NCBI GenBank assembly: GCA_020633555.1
Contig: JACKDL010000026.1
Coordinates: 1 to 64,000 of the forward strand
DNA: 64,000 nucleotides
DNA from: Myxococcales bacterium
Lineage (GTDB): Bacteria > Myxococcota_A > Bradymonadia > UBA7976 > UBA1532
Direction of reading: 5' to 3'
Part shown: positions 47,421 to 57,100 of the stretch, piece after piece
How the letters are laid out: every line of letters begins with the position of its first letter
How positions within the stretch are numbered: position 1 is the first letter of the stretch
The notes under the pieces: model-generated
Told to the model about the DNA's origin: nothing
What the model saw: only the letters and a program-made list of their open reading frames with translations
Databases searched by the model: none
Translations under genes and position numbers: made by a program

Positions 47421-50400
47421 CGGGCGCGCGCCACCGACACGTAGTCCAGCCGCAGCAGGATGTCTTCCACTCGCAACAGATCCAGGCCGCCGTCGCCCAG
47501 GCTGGTGGCCGGGATGAACAAGCGGTAGTCGCCGTACAGGCCGCGGCCGGCCAGCTCCTCGCTGGCGCCCTGGGCGAAGGCCTCGTCCTCCAGCTCGGCG
47601 CGGGTGACACCGATGCGCGCCTGCACCCGGGCGCTGGTGAAGCCGGTGTCTTCGCCCACGCCGCCCGGGGGCTGCTCCACCGGGTCGTAGGCGACGGGAT
47701 CGAGGAACAGGTTGCGGCTGGGGCGGGTGGCGGCGGTCTGCAGGGTGCCGCGCTGGGTGCAGTGCTGGCTGTGGAAGGTGTTGCGGTGGCGCACCACCAC
47801 CCGGGTGAAGGTGCTGGCGTCGCCCTCGACGGCGGGGCCCACGACGCTGGCGTTCAACGACCACAGGCGCTCCGCGCAGTCGGTGCCGGTGAGCAGGCTG
47901 ATGCCCAGGCCCTCGGCGGCGGAGCCGGCCTGCGGCATGACGCTGAAGGGCACCTCTTGGCCGAGCCAGGTGCCGTCCACCGGGTCGTACACGGCGAAGG
48001 CGGGATCGGCCAACCAGCGGCCGAAGCGCGCGGCGGGATCCAGGCGCCGCCAGCCCGGGGGCAGGGCGCTGCGGTCCGCCAGGCGCAGCAGGTGCTCGCG
48101 CAGGCTCACCACCTCCACCAGCGTGGTGGGCGCGGCGCCGTTGACGGTGCCCGTGGCCACCCGGCCGCGCAGGCTGTCGAGCACGGCTTCGAGCTGGTTG
48201 GGGTGCTCGGCGCGCAACACATCGTCGCGGCTGTCGAGGCTGAGCTGGAACTCGTACTCCACGGCCAGCAGGGCCAAGTAGGTCGCCCGCCGGGCTTGGC
48301 GCAGCACGCGGAACCAGGCGTCGAAGGCCTCGTCGATCCAGTAGTCGGTGTCCAGCGGGTGCAGCACCCGGGCGCGCTCGGCCTCCAGCGACAGGTGGCC
48401 CTCCAGCAGCAGGCCGCTGAGGGTGACCTTCAGGTTGTTGAACTCCACGATCTGCCGGGTGGCCTGCAGGGTGGCCTGCTGGATGCGCAGCGCGGCCGCC
48501 CGGGCGCCGATCAGGTGGGTCTGGGCGTCGTTGAAGCACAGCTTGATGGCCGTGGCGTTCTCGATGATCTCGCGGGCGGCCTCGTACTCGCGGTCGGCGA
48601 TCTCCATGGCCAGCTCCAGGCTGGCGATGGCCGCCTTGGGGGCCACGGTGGCGGTGGCGGCCAGCGCGCCGAGGTTGATGCTGCTGCCATCGGTGATGCT
48701 CAGGGCGTCGCCCGCGGCCTCCAGGCCGAACAGGGTGAGCTGCGCGGCCAGCTTGGCGCCGCCCAGGGCGCCCATGACGATGTTGTGTTGCCGGGTCAGC
48801 TCTTCGGCGCGCTCGAAGCCGTCTTGCTGGATCAGACAGCCCTGCACGGCGATGTCGAAGGCCTGGCTGAACTCGTCCAGCTCGGCGCGGGCCACCTCGA
48901 TCTCGGTGTTGGCGGCCTCGACGGCCAGCGCCACCTCGCCCATGACGCCGCGGTAGCACTCGGGGCGGCGGGCGGGATCGACCGCCAGGTCGTGTCGACA
49001 GGCGCCGCGGAAGCAGGCCGCGCCGGCCGTACACTGATCGGCGCGCTCGCAGGTGGCCGGGTCACGCTCGGGGCGGCGGGCCAGGGCCACCTCGCGGCGG
49101 TGGCCGCACAGGCGCCAGATGTCGGGCAGGGTCTCGGGCGGCAGATCGGGCGGCAGCTCCAGGTTCAGGGCCGCCAGATCGGGGCGGTTGACGGTGTATT
49201 GGGCGCCGTCGTGGGTGAAGGTCACCAAGACCTCGTCCGGGCCCTCGCCGGGCGCCACGGCGGTCACCTGGAGGCGGGTGAAGGCGCTGTGGGCGCGGTC
49301 GGCCCCCAGGGCCGGGCCCACGCGCGTCACCACGTCATCGGCGGTGGCGCTGCCGGTGGCCACACCGCCGCCCAGGGCGTCCCGCAGGCCGGCTACCAGG
49401 CAGATGTCATAGGCCACCCCGGCCGAGTCCACGGCGGCCGCCGCGTTCTCGGCGGTGGGCACGCAGCTCGGCTCGAGCTCGGTGTCCAGGAAGCAGGTGT
49501 CGGGATCGATGGTGTCCCACTGCTCCAGGATGTCGAAGGCCACCCAGTCGGGGTTCAGACACAGGCCGATGATCTGTTCGCCGTACAGGCGGTTGATCTC
49601 CATCAGCCGTCGCTCGCGGGCCAGGCGGAGCTGCTCCACGTCCAGGTCGCGGTCGCGGGCGCCCACGAAGGCGTCGCGGGCCTCGGCCAGCCGAGCGCGG
49701 GCGCGCTCGATGAGGCTCGGCACGATGGGCCGCGCGTCACCGGGGCGGCCGATGAGGGAGTCCGACAGGGCCGAGAAGCGGGCGCCGTCGGCGGCCTGGT
49801 CGCCCACCCGGTAGATGGGCAGGTCGATGTCTTCGATGCCCAGGGCGTTGCGGCCGGCCCGCAGGTCGGCGATGGCCGCCTGGGCCTGCGCGGTGGCGGC
49901 CCCCACCGCCTGCTGGGCCAGATCCCATTGGTCGGCCCACGGCACGTCGCCCGCGCGGGCCCGCAGGCCCCACGCCAAGGCCAACACCAGCGCGCCGCGG
50001 CGGCCGAGCTGGCCGTACAGATCCTCCACGGCGTCGAAGCGGTTCAGGCCGGCCTGGGCTTCGCGCACCAGCCGGACGAAGGCGCCAAGCTGGGTCGTCC
50101 ACAGATCCAGCAGGGCCACCGGCAGGCCGACGGCCTGGGGCTGGGTCAGCGTGGGCGCGTCGGGATCCAGGCCCGCGACCCCGCCGGGGAACAGCGCCGC
50201 CCGGTAGTCGGGCGCGGCCAGGGCGGCGGCGTCGAGCTGGGTGAGCCCATGGGCCACGCGGGGGTGCAGCAGCAGATCCCAGCCCGTCAGGCTGGCCAGC
50301 AGCGCCTGGCGCAGCGACAGATCGGTGCCGCCGGGGCGGCCGTCGTTCAGCAACAGATCGATCTGCGCGGCCCGGTCCACGTCGCGGGCCAGCACGCCAT

Positions 50401-51976
50401 GCACCGTGAGCCACTGCTGCAACAGACGCTGGGCCAAGGCGGCGGCCTGGGCGTCGATCGCGCCGGCGCGGGCGGGCGCCAGGGCCTCGGCCAGCGCGGT
50501 CAGGGCCCGCTGGCGGTGGACGCAGGTGTCGCTGCTGGGGCTGTTCAGGGCCTGGGCGCAGGCCTCCAGCGTGCCCTGCACGTCCACGCGGGTGGCGTAC
50601 AGCACGGGGAACGCGCCCGAGGCGCGGGCGCGGTCGGGGCCGGCGCAGGCCAGGTCGCCGCCCGCCAGGACGGTGCCCTGGGCGTCGGTGGCCAAGGCGG
50701 CCTGGAAGCCGGCGGCTGCGTCTTCGGTGGCGGGGCACACCGCGCTCGCGGCGCGGGCGGCAGGGGTGTCGCCCGTCAGCAGGGCCGCGTCCTCGACGGC
50801 GAAGGGCGCCCCGGCGCGGGCGGGCACGTCCACCGGCTCGCCCACGGGCGGCGCCTCGGGGATCACCACGTCGTCGGGCACATCGCCGGCCCGCGTCAGG
50901 TCAACCTGCCAGCGCAGGTGGGGCGCGGCCGCCTCGGCGGCCAGACCATCGACCGTGGCGCGGTACTGGAAGCTCACGCCCCCGGGGCGCCAGCTCACCG
51001 CGTCGATGGCCCCGCTGGCGGTGAGGGTCAGCGGGGCTCGATCGGGCTGCACGCCCAGGAACGGGTGGGGGGCGACCTCGCCCAGCCAGGCCGGCTCCCC
51101 TTCGCGCAGCGCGCCGGGCAGGGGGCCGGCGAACACCAGCCCGCCGTCGCTCTCGAAGCGCCCGGGCAGGCGGGTGGCGTCGTCGGGGTCAGCCACCAGC
51201 CACACCCGCACCGGCACGCGCAGGCTGGCCAGGGCCGGGGGCAGGTCGAGCGCGTCGCCCAGGCCGGCGGCCACCAGCCGCGCGGTGCCCACGTAGGCGC
51301 CGTGCTTCGGCCGATCCACCGGCGGCCGGGCCTCGGCCAGGCGCACGCTGAGGATGCGCCGCTGCCCACCGGTGAACAGCGTCACGTCCGCGAGCGCCGG
51401 TACGGGGCCCGGGGGCTGCGTGGTGCGCAGGCGCAGGGCCGCCGGGCCGTCGACCGGCCGCAACCCCAACAGGACACACTCAGCGCCAAAGTCGCCGTCG
51501 GGGCAGGCCACCTCGATGGGGGGCGGCGCGACCACCCGCAGCGCGCCCAGCGCGGCGCCGGTGGCGCTCAAGCGCACGGCGACCGGCTCGTCGGGCGTGA
51601 GCGCCGCGATCCGGGTGCGATCCAGCACCAGCTCACCCGCGGGGGCCGACAGGGCCAGCGCGCCGCAGCGTCCGTAGGCGAGGTCGCAGGTCTGGCCTTG
51701 GGGGCACTGCGCGTCCAGCTCGCAGGTGGTGGTGCAGCGGCCCAGGGCGCAGTGGGCGGCGCAGGGGCAGTCGGCGTCCGACACGCACAGCCGGTCGCGG
51801 TTGAGCAGGTCGGGGTCGGGCACACAGCCGCCCCCGCCGCCTCCGCCGGCCCCACCGCCCCCTCCATCGATCCGGGGCCCGCCGTCAGCGGGCGTCGCGG
51901 TGCCGCCCCCGTCATCACAGGCGAGCAGCAGCAGGGGCCACAGCCACAGAGGCCAACGTCGGAACACATGACTCAT
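47417..51976 (-). CDS. Giant secreted lipoprotein A (about 1,520 aa), paralogue of 54104..58717; unknown function, conserved C-terminal domain
   Basis: ATGA overlap with the upstream gene. Lipobox MSHVFRRWPLWLWPLLLLACDDGGG then a Cys-rich N-region. Long helical region with a ~55-aa apolar Gly/Ala-rich segment (GALGGAKLAAQLTLFGLEAAGDALSITDGSSINLGALAATATVAPKAAIASLELAM). C-terminal ~300 aa almost identical to paralogue B (LTGTDCAERLWS, RNTFHSQ, TRPSRNLFLDP, LRLDYVSVA). Confidence 0.7.
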   Translation of the reverse strand: MSHVFRRWPLWLWPLLLLACDDGGGTATPADGGPRIDGGGGGAGGGGGGGCVPDPDLLNRDRLCVSDADCPCAAHCALGRCTTTCELDAQCPQGQTCDLAYGRCGALALSAPAGELVLDRTRIAALTPDEPVAVRLSATGAALGALRVVAPPPIEVACPDGDFGAECVLLGLRPVDGPAALRLRTTQPPGPVPALADVTLFTGGQRRILSVRLAEARPPVDRPKHGAYVGTARLVAAGLGDALDLPPALASLRVPVRVWLVADPDDATRLPGRFESDGGLVFAGPLPGALREGEPAWLGEVAPHPFLGVQPDRAPLTLTASGAIDAVSWRPGGVSFQYRATVDGLAAEAAAPHLRWQVDLTRAGDVPDDVVIPEAPPVGEPVDVPARAGAPFAVEDAALLTGDTPAARAASAVCPATEDAAAGFQAALATDAQGTVLAGGDLACAGPDRARASGAFPVLYATRVDVQGTLEACAQALNSPSSDTCVHRQRALTALAEALAPARAGAIDAQAAALAQRLLQQWLTVHGVLARDVDRAAQIDLLLNDGRPGGTDLSLRQALLASLTGWDLLLHPRVAHGLTQLDAAALAAPDYRAALFPGGVAGLDPDAPTLTQPQAVGLPVALLDLWTTQLGAFVRLVREAQAGLNRFDAVEDLYGQLGRRGALVLALAWGLRARAGDVPWADQWDLAQQAVGAATAQAQAAIADLRAGRNALGIEDIDLPIYRVGDQAADGARFSALSDSLIGRPGDARPIVPSLIERARARLAEARDAFVGARDRDLDVEQLRLARERRLMEINRLYGEQIIGLCLNPDWVAFDILEQWDTIDPDTCFLDTELEPSCVPTAENAAAAVDSAGVAYDICLVAGLRDALGGGVATGSATADDVVTRVGPALGADRAHSAFTRLQVTAVAPGEGPDEVLVTFTHDGAQYTVNRPDLAALNLELPPDLPPETLPDIWRLCGHRREVALARRPERDPATCERADQCTAGAACFRGACRHDLAVDPARRPECYRGVMGEVALAVEAANTEIEVARAELDEFSQAFDIAVQGCLIQQDGFERAEELTRQHNIVMGALGGAKLAAQLTLFGLEAAGDALSITDGSSINLGALAATATVAPKAAIASLELAMEIADREYEAAREIIENATAIKLCFNDAQTHLIGARAAALRIQQATLQATRQIVEFNNLKVTLSGLLLEGHLSLEAERARVLHPLDTDYWIDEAFDAWFRVLRQARRATYLALLAVEYEFQLSLDSRDDVLRAEHPNQLEAVLDSLRGRVATGTVNGAAPTTLVEVVSLREHLLRLADRSALPPGWRRLDPAARFGRWLADPAFAVYDPVDGTWLGQEVPFSVMPQAGSAAEGLGISLLTGTDCAERLWSLNASVVGPAVEGDASTFTRVVVRHRNTFHSQHCTQRGTLQTAATRPSRNLFLDPVAYDPVEQPPGGVGEDTGFTSARVQARIGVTRAELEDEAFAQGASEELAGRGLYGDYRLFIPATSLGDGGLDLLRVEDILLRLDYVSVARAR

Positions 51977-54102
51977 GGGGCGCACCCCAACACCGGCTGG
52001 GCTCGGCCCGCGGGCGCCGCCTGGGCGTTGGCGTCGGCGTGCGCCGCGGCGCCCGATCCGGCGCCGCCGATCGTGATCCCGTCCGCGAAGCCCGCGGGCA
52101 GGTCGGCCAGGGCCGTGTCCACGCACAGCACCCCGATGGCGTCACCGCCGGCGCCGTTGCCGCCGGGGCCCCCCGGGTGCCCGACCCCGCCGTCCTGGCC
52201 GGGCTGAGCGTTGCTGGCCTGGCCCCGGTCGGCCAGGCCGGCGACGCCGCCTGTGCCGCCCGGCAGGCCCTCACTGCCCAGGCCGCCCGGAGCGCCCGCG
52301 CCGCCGTCACCGACGGTGGCGGTCACGCCGGTCAGGGTCAGCCCGGTGGAGTCGATGGCCAAGACCCCCAGCGCAGAGCCGCCGCCGCCGCCGGGGCGAC
52401 CACCGAAGCCGCCGCAGCCGCCCGCGCCGCCGCCGCCGCCACCCGCGCCGTATGGGCAGCTCGGGGCGGCCTCGGAGGCGCCGCCGGCGCCGGGGCGACC
52501 GCCGATGCCCGGCAGGCCGGGCTGGCCCGTGGCGTGGGTGCGCCAGCGCTGCAGGCCGTCCAGGGCGCCACCTGGGGCGCCGGGGGCGCCCGCGCGGCGG
52601 TTCACCTCGCGCTCGGGCCAGGCCGGCCGCTCGCCGGGCGCGTTGCCTTCGCAGATGGTCGCCCGCTGCCCACCGCGGCCGCCCGGGTTCGTCTGGGCGC
52701 GGATGCCGTCCACGTCGGCGGGGCAGACCGCGCCCGGCGCGCCGTCGGCGCCGGGGAACACCGGGCCGATGGGATCGTTGGTGCTGCACGGCTGGGCGCA
52801 GCGGTTGGGGTAGCGGTCGCAGACCCGGTCGCGATCCTCCTCGCAGTCGCCGGGCGAGCGGGCGTGGACGTTCAGGCCGGGCTGGCCGTCCATGAGCACG
52901 GGGTCGAGCTCGGCCTCGACGGGCGCGGCGTCGGCCCCGGGCACGCCGTCGCTGGCGCTGCCGACGGTGATCGCGACGTCCTCCACCACCAGGGCGGGGC
53001 TGCCGATGGCCAGCAGGCCGACGGTGTGCACGCCGGCCTGGCCGTCGTCGCTGGGGCCCGCGGGGCTGGCCGGGGCGTCGGGCACGGCCAGGTCCAGTCC
53101 CCGCACAGCGCCGCCCGTGGCGACGCCCAGGGCGGTCAAGGCCACGAGCTGGCCGGCCGCCAGGGCCTGCTCGGTGACCTCGACCCGCACGGTGGGCCGG
53201 TCGTCGCTGGGCTGGAAGAAGGGGTGGCCCGAGTAGCCGCCCCGCAGCTCGATGCCGTCGCGGAGCACCACGGGCCCCAGCACGTTGCCGCTGCCGCCGA
53301 TGATCACGAAGCGCACATCCGCCAGGGCAGCCAGATCCAGGGCGGCGGCCAGATCGTGGAAGGGGGCCAGACGCGTGCCACGCTGTTCGCCGCGGTACGC
53401 GCCGTCGACGAACAGGACGAGCTGCTCGCAGCGGCGGCCCTGGGCGTCCTCCACCGCGATCAGATCGTCGCAGGTGACGGCGCCCGTCTCGGCGTCGCAG
53501 GCGCTGGTGGCGATGCCGCAGGCCCCGCAGGGCAGCTCGGCGATGGGCACGCAGCGGTTCAGGTAGTCGCCGCGGCCGTCGGGCGAGGGGTCGCAGAACT
53601 GCGCCTCGCAGCCGGCGCCGCAGCGACGCGGTGCGGCGTCGTCGCAGGGCTCGACCTTGCACTCGCAGGCCTCGGCGCCGCAGGTCACGGGGTCATAGGC
53701 GCACACCCCGGCGTCGCAGCGGGGCGCCCGGCAGGGCTGAGGGGTGCACTGCTCGGGCGCTTCGCAGGGGCAGCCCTCGCCCTGGCAGGCGCAGCCGGCG
53801 TCGCACTGGATGATGCCGCCGCAGCCATCGGGCCGGGGCCCGCAGTCGGTGGGCAGGCAGTCGCGGGGGACACAGGCGTCGACGGCGACCCCCTGGTCGG
53901 CGCCGCCACCGCCCTGACCACCCTGACCGCCCTCGCCGCCCTCTCCCGCGTCGGGCCCTGTCTCGCCCTGGCCCCCGTCCACCACGACGGCGCCGCCGTC
54001 GCCCCGGCGGATGGAGCCGCCCCCGCCGTCGCACGCGGGCAGGCATACCGCCAGCGCCAGGGCACCCAGGCGCCCGGCCTTCAACAGATCACCGCCGCCC
54101 AT
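51973..54102 (-). CDS. Type-1 Gly/Cys-rich beta-helix (DUF1565-like) lipoprotein, copy a
   Basis: Lipobox LALAVCLPACDGGGG. Cys-rich segment, then FVDGAYRGEQRGTRLAPFHDLAAALDLAA..VRFVIIGG (pectin-lyase-fold/DUF1565-like). Gly-rich FGASGGGGGAGGCGGFGGRPGGGGGSA core. C-terminus VLCVDT...GCAP. Confidence 0.65.
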   Translation of the reverse strand: MGGGDLLKAGRLGALALAVCLPACDGGGGSIRRGDGGAVVVDGGQGETGPDAGEGGEGGQGGQGGGGADQGVAVDACVPRDCLPTDCGPRPDGCGGIIQCDAGCACQGEGCPCEAPEQCTPQPCRAPRCDAGVCAYDPVTCGAEACECKVEPCDDAAPRRCGAGCEAQFCDPSPDGRGDYLNRCVPIAELPCGACGIATSACDAETGAVTCDDLIAVEDAQGRRCEQLVLFVDGAYRGEQRGTRLAPFHDLAAALDLAALADVRFVIIGGSGNVLGPVVLRDGIELRGGYSGHPFFQPSDDRPTVRVEVTEQALAAGQLVALTALGVATGGAVRGLDLAVPDAPASPAGPSDDGQAGVHTVGLLAIGSPALVVEDVAITVGSASDGVPGADAAPVEAELDPVLMDGQPGLNVHARSPGDCEEDRDRVCDRYPNRCAQPCSTNDPIGPVFPGADGAPGAVCPADVDGIRAQTNPGGRGGQRATICEGNAPGERPAWPEREVNRRAGAPGAPGGALDGLQRWRTHATGQPGLPGIGGRPGAGGASEAAPSCPYGAGGGGGGAGGCGGFGGRPGGGGGSALGVLAIDSTGLTLTGVTATVGDGGAGAPGGLGSEGLPGGTGGVAGLADRGQASNAQPGQDGGVGHPGGPGGNGAGGDAIGVLCVDTALADLPAGFADGITIGGAGSGAAAHADANAQAAPAGRAQPVLGCAP

Positions 54103-54103
54103 G

Positions 54104-57100
54104 TCAGAGCCCCCCGGCGACGGACACATAGTCCAGCCGCAACAGAATGTCTTCGATGCCCGTCAGCACCAGACCATCCCGACCCTCGCCCGCCAGGCTC
54201 TCGGCGGGGATGTACAGCGTGAAGTCGCCGTACAGACCGCGGCCCGCCAGCTCCTCGCTGGCGCCTTGGGCGTAGCGCTCGTCCTCCAGCTCGGCGCGGC
54301 TGATGCCCAGCCGAGCCTGGATGCGGGCGGCGGTGTAGCCGGTGTCTTCGCCCAGGGCCCCGGGGGCCTCGGGCGAGGCGTCGTAGGCCAGCGGATCCAG
54401 GAACAGGTTGCGGCTGGGCCGGGTGCTGGCGGTCTGCAGCTCGCCGGGCTCACCGCCGCAGCGCTGGCTGTGGAAGGTGTTGCGCTTGCGCACCACCAGC
54501 CGCGAGAGGGTGCTCTCGCCCACGGCGGCCCCGTCGCCCAGCACCGAGGCGTTCACCGACCACAGCCGCTCGGCGCAGTCGGTGCCCGTGAGCAGGGGCA
54601 CGTCCACCGGGCCCGCGGCGCTGGCCGTGGCGGGCATGATGTTGAAGGGGATCTCCTGGCCCCGGTACTGCCCGCTGGCGTCGTACACCGCGAACTGCGG
54701 GGCGGCCAGCCAGCGGCCGAAGCGCTCGGCCGGCGTGAGCTGATGCCAGCCAGCGCCCAGGGCGCTGCGGTCGGCCACCTGCAGCAGGTGCTCGCGCAGG
54801 CTCACCACCTGCACCAGATCCGTGGGCGAGGCGCCGTTGACTGTGCCGGTGACCACCCGGTTGCGCAGGTCGTCCAGCACCTGCTCGAGCTGCACCGGGT
54901 GGGTGGCCCGCAGGATGTCGGCGCGGTAGGGCAGGCTGGCCTGGAACTCGTACTCGGCCGCCAGCAGCGACAGATACAGCCCCCGCTTCGCCAGCCGCAG
55001 GGTGCGCTCGTAGCGGTCGAAGTGCTCGCCGATCCAGAAGTCGGTGTTCAGGGGCGACAGGGTGCGCGCCCGCTCGGCCTCCAGCGACAGGTGGCCCTCC
55101 AGCAGCAGCCCGTCCAGGGTCACCTTCAGGTTGTTGAACTCCACGAGCTGCCGGGTGAACTCCAGGCTGGCCTGCTTGATCTTCAGGGCCGCGGTCTGGG
55201 CGCCCACCATGTGCACGCTGGCGTCGTTCACGCAGGCAGCCACCTCGGCCTGAGCCTGGATGGCGGCCTTGGCGGCCTCGAACTCGGTCTGGGCGCGGCC
55301 CATCTCGCGGTCGAGGACGGCGATGGCCGCCTTGGGGATTGCCGTCAGCGCGCCGATGGCGGCGCCGATGTTCAGGCTGTTCCCGCTGAAGATCCCGCTG
55401 GCCTCCTTGGCGGCCTCCAGGGCGATGAGGGCCAGGTTGGCGGCCAGCTTGGCGTCGGCCATGGCGCCCATGGCGGCCCGGTGGGCGGCGCCGAGCGCGG
55501 CGATGCTGTCGTAGGCCTCGGCGATGATCTCACAGCCCTGCATGGCCACGTCGAAGGCCGCCACCATGTCGTCCAGTTCGGCGCGGGCGATGCGCACGTC
55601 GAAGCGGGCCAGCTCGACGGCCAGGGCCACCTCGCCCAGCGCGCCGCGGTAGCACTCCGGGCGCACGCCGGCGGCGGCCACGATGCCCGCCGTGCACTCC
55701 CCCCGGTAGCAGGCCATGCCCACCGGGCACCCGTCGGGCAGATCGCACACGGCGTCGCCGTCGGTGGGGCGTACCCGCTCCACCACCGACCGGCGGTGGG
55801 CGCAGGCCCGGTACACCTCGGGCAGCAGGCTGGCGGGGGTGTCGTCGGCCAGGTTCAGGTTCAGCGTGCGCAGCACGGGCAGGTGGATGCGGTGGGCGCT
55901 GGTGGCCCCGTCCAGGGTCGCCGTGAAGTCCACCGTCACATCGTCCAGGCCCGCGTCGCCCCACTCGATGGCGGTGATCTGCAGCTTGTCGAAGCCGTCC
56001 TCGGCCATGATCTTCAGGCCCACGGCGTCCACCATCGCGTCCGCGGCGGGGTCGCCCAGGCTGGCGGCTTCGCCCACCCGCTCCCGCAGGCGGTGGGCCA
56101 CACAGATGCGCTCGGCCACCTCGGCGGACGTCAGGGTGGCTGCCGTCTCTTCGGCCGTGGGCCGGCAAGGCGGCTGCACGTCATCGGCCAGGTAGCAGTC
56201 GTTGGCGTCGATCTGATCCCACTGTTCGAGGATGTCGAAGGCGATCCAGTCGGGGTCCAGACACAGCCCGATGATCTGTTCGCCGTACAGCCGGTTGATG
56301 TCCATCAGCCGGCGGTCCTGCTCCAGGGCCAGCCGGGCCTCGCGCACGTCGCGCTCGCGGGCCGCCAGGTAGGCCCCGCGCACGTCGGTGAGCGCCTCGC
56401 GGGTGCGCTCGATGAGCCGCGGCACGATGGGCCGGGCGTCGGCAGGCTGGCCCAGCAGGTAGTCGCTGAGGGCCGAGAAGCGGTCGCCGGGCCCCACCTG
56501 ATCGCCCACCCGATACAGGGGCAGGTCGGTGTCTTCGATGCCGAGGGGGTTCGCGCCCGTGCGCAGATCGCGCACCGCCGCCAGGCTGCGGCGCATGGCG
56601 GCCCCGTACGCCTGGCGGGCCAGATCCCACTCGGCGTCCCAGGGCGGCGCGCCCAGGGTGCGGGCCTGGGTGTACAGCCCGTGCGCCAGCGCCAGCGCCA
56701 CCAGGCTGCGGCGGGTGAGCGCGCCGTAGGTGGCCTCCACCTCACTGAACGCGCGCAGCCCGGCCTGGGCCTCGCGCACCAGCGCCGTGAAGGCGTCGAG
56801 CTGGGTCACCAGGCTGTCCAGCAGCGTCACCGGCAGGCCCAGGGCCTGCACCTGGGTGCGTACGGGACGGTCGGGGTCCAGGCCCGCCACGCCGGCGGGG
56901 AAGAGGCGGGTGCGGTAGTCGGGCTCGGCCAGCACCTCCGGGGGCATCACCACCAGCGGCGCGGCCACCCGCGGGTGGAAGAGCAGGGCCCAGCCGTCCA
57001 GGCTGACCTCCAGGCCCTCGCGGGCGGTGAGGCCCACCGCCTGGCCGTCGTTCAGGATGGCCTCGAGCCGCCGGCTGCGGCCGGGCTCGCGGGCCAGGAA

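Noticed and set aside
46659-49034. 791-aa ORF as a single gene
   Set aside because: Only the last ~254 aa (from the GTG at 47420) look protein-like. The rest is antisense to, or overlaps, giant lipoprotein A, and is Arg-rich junk.
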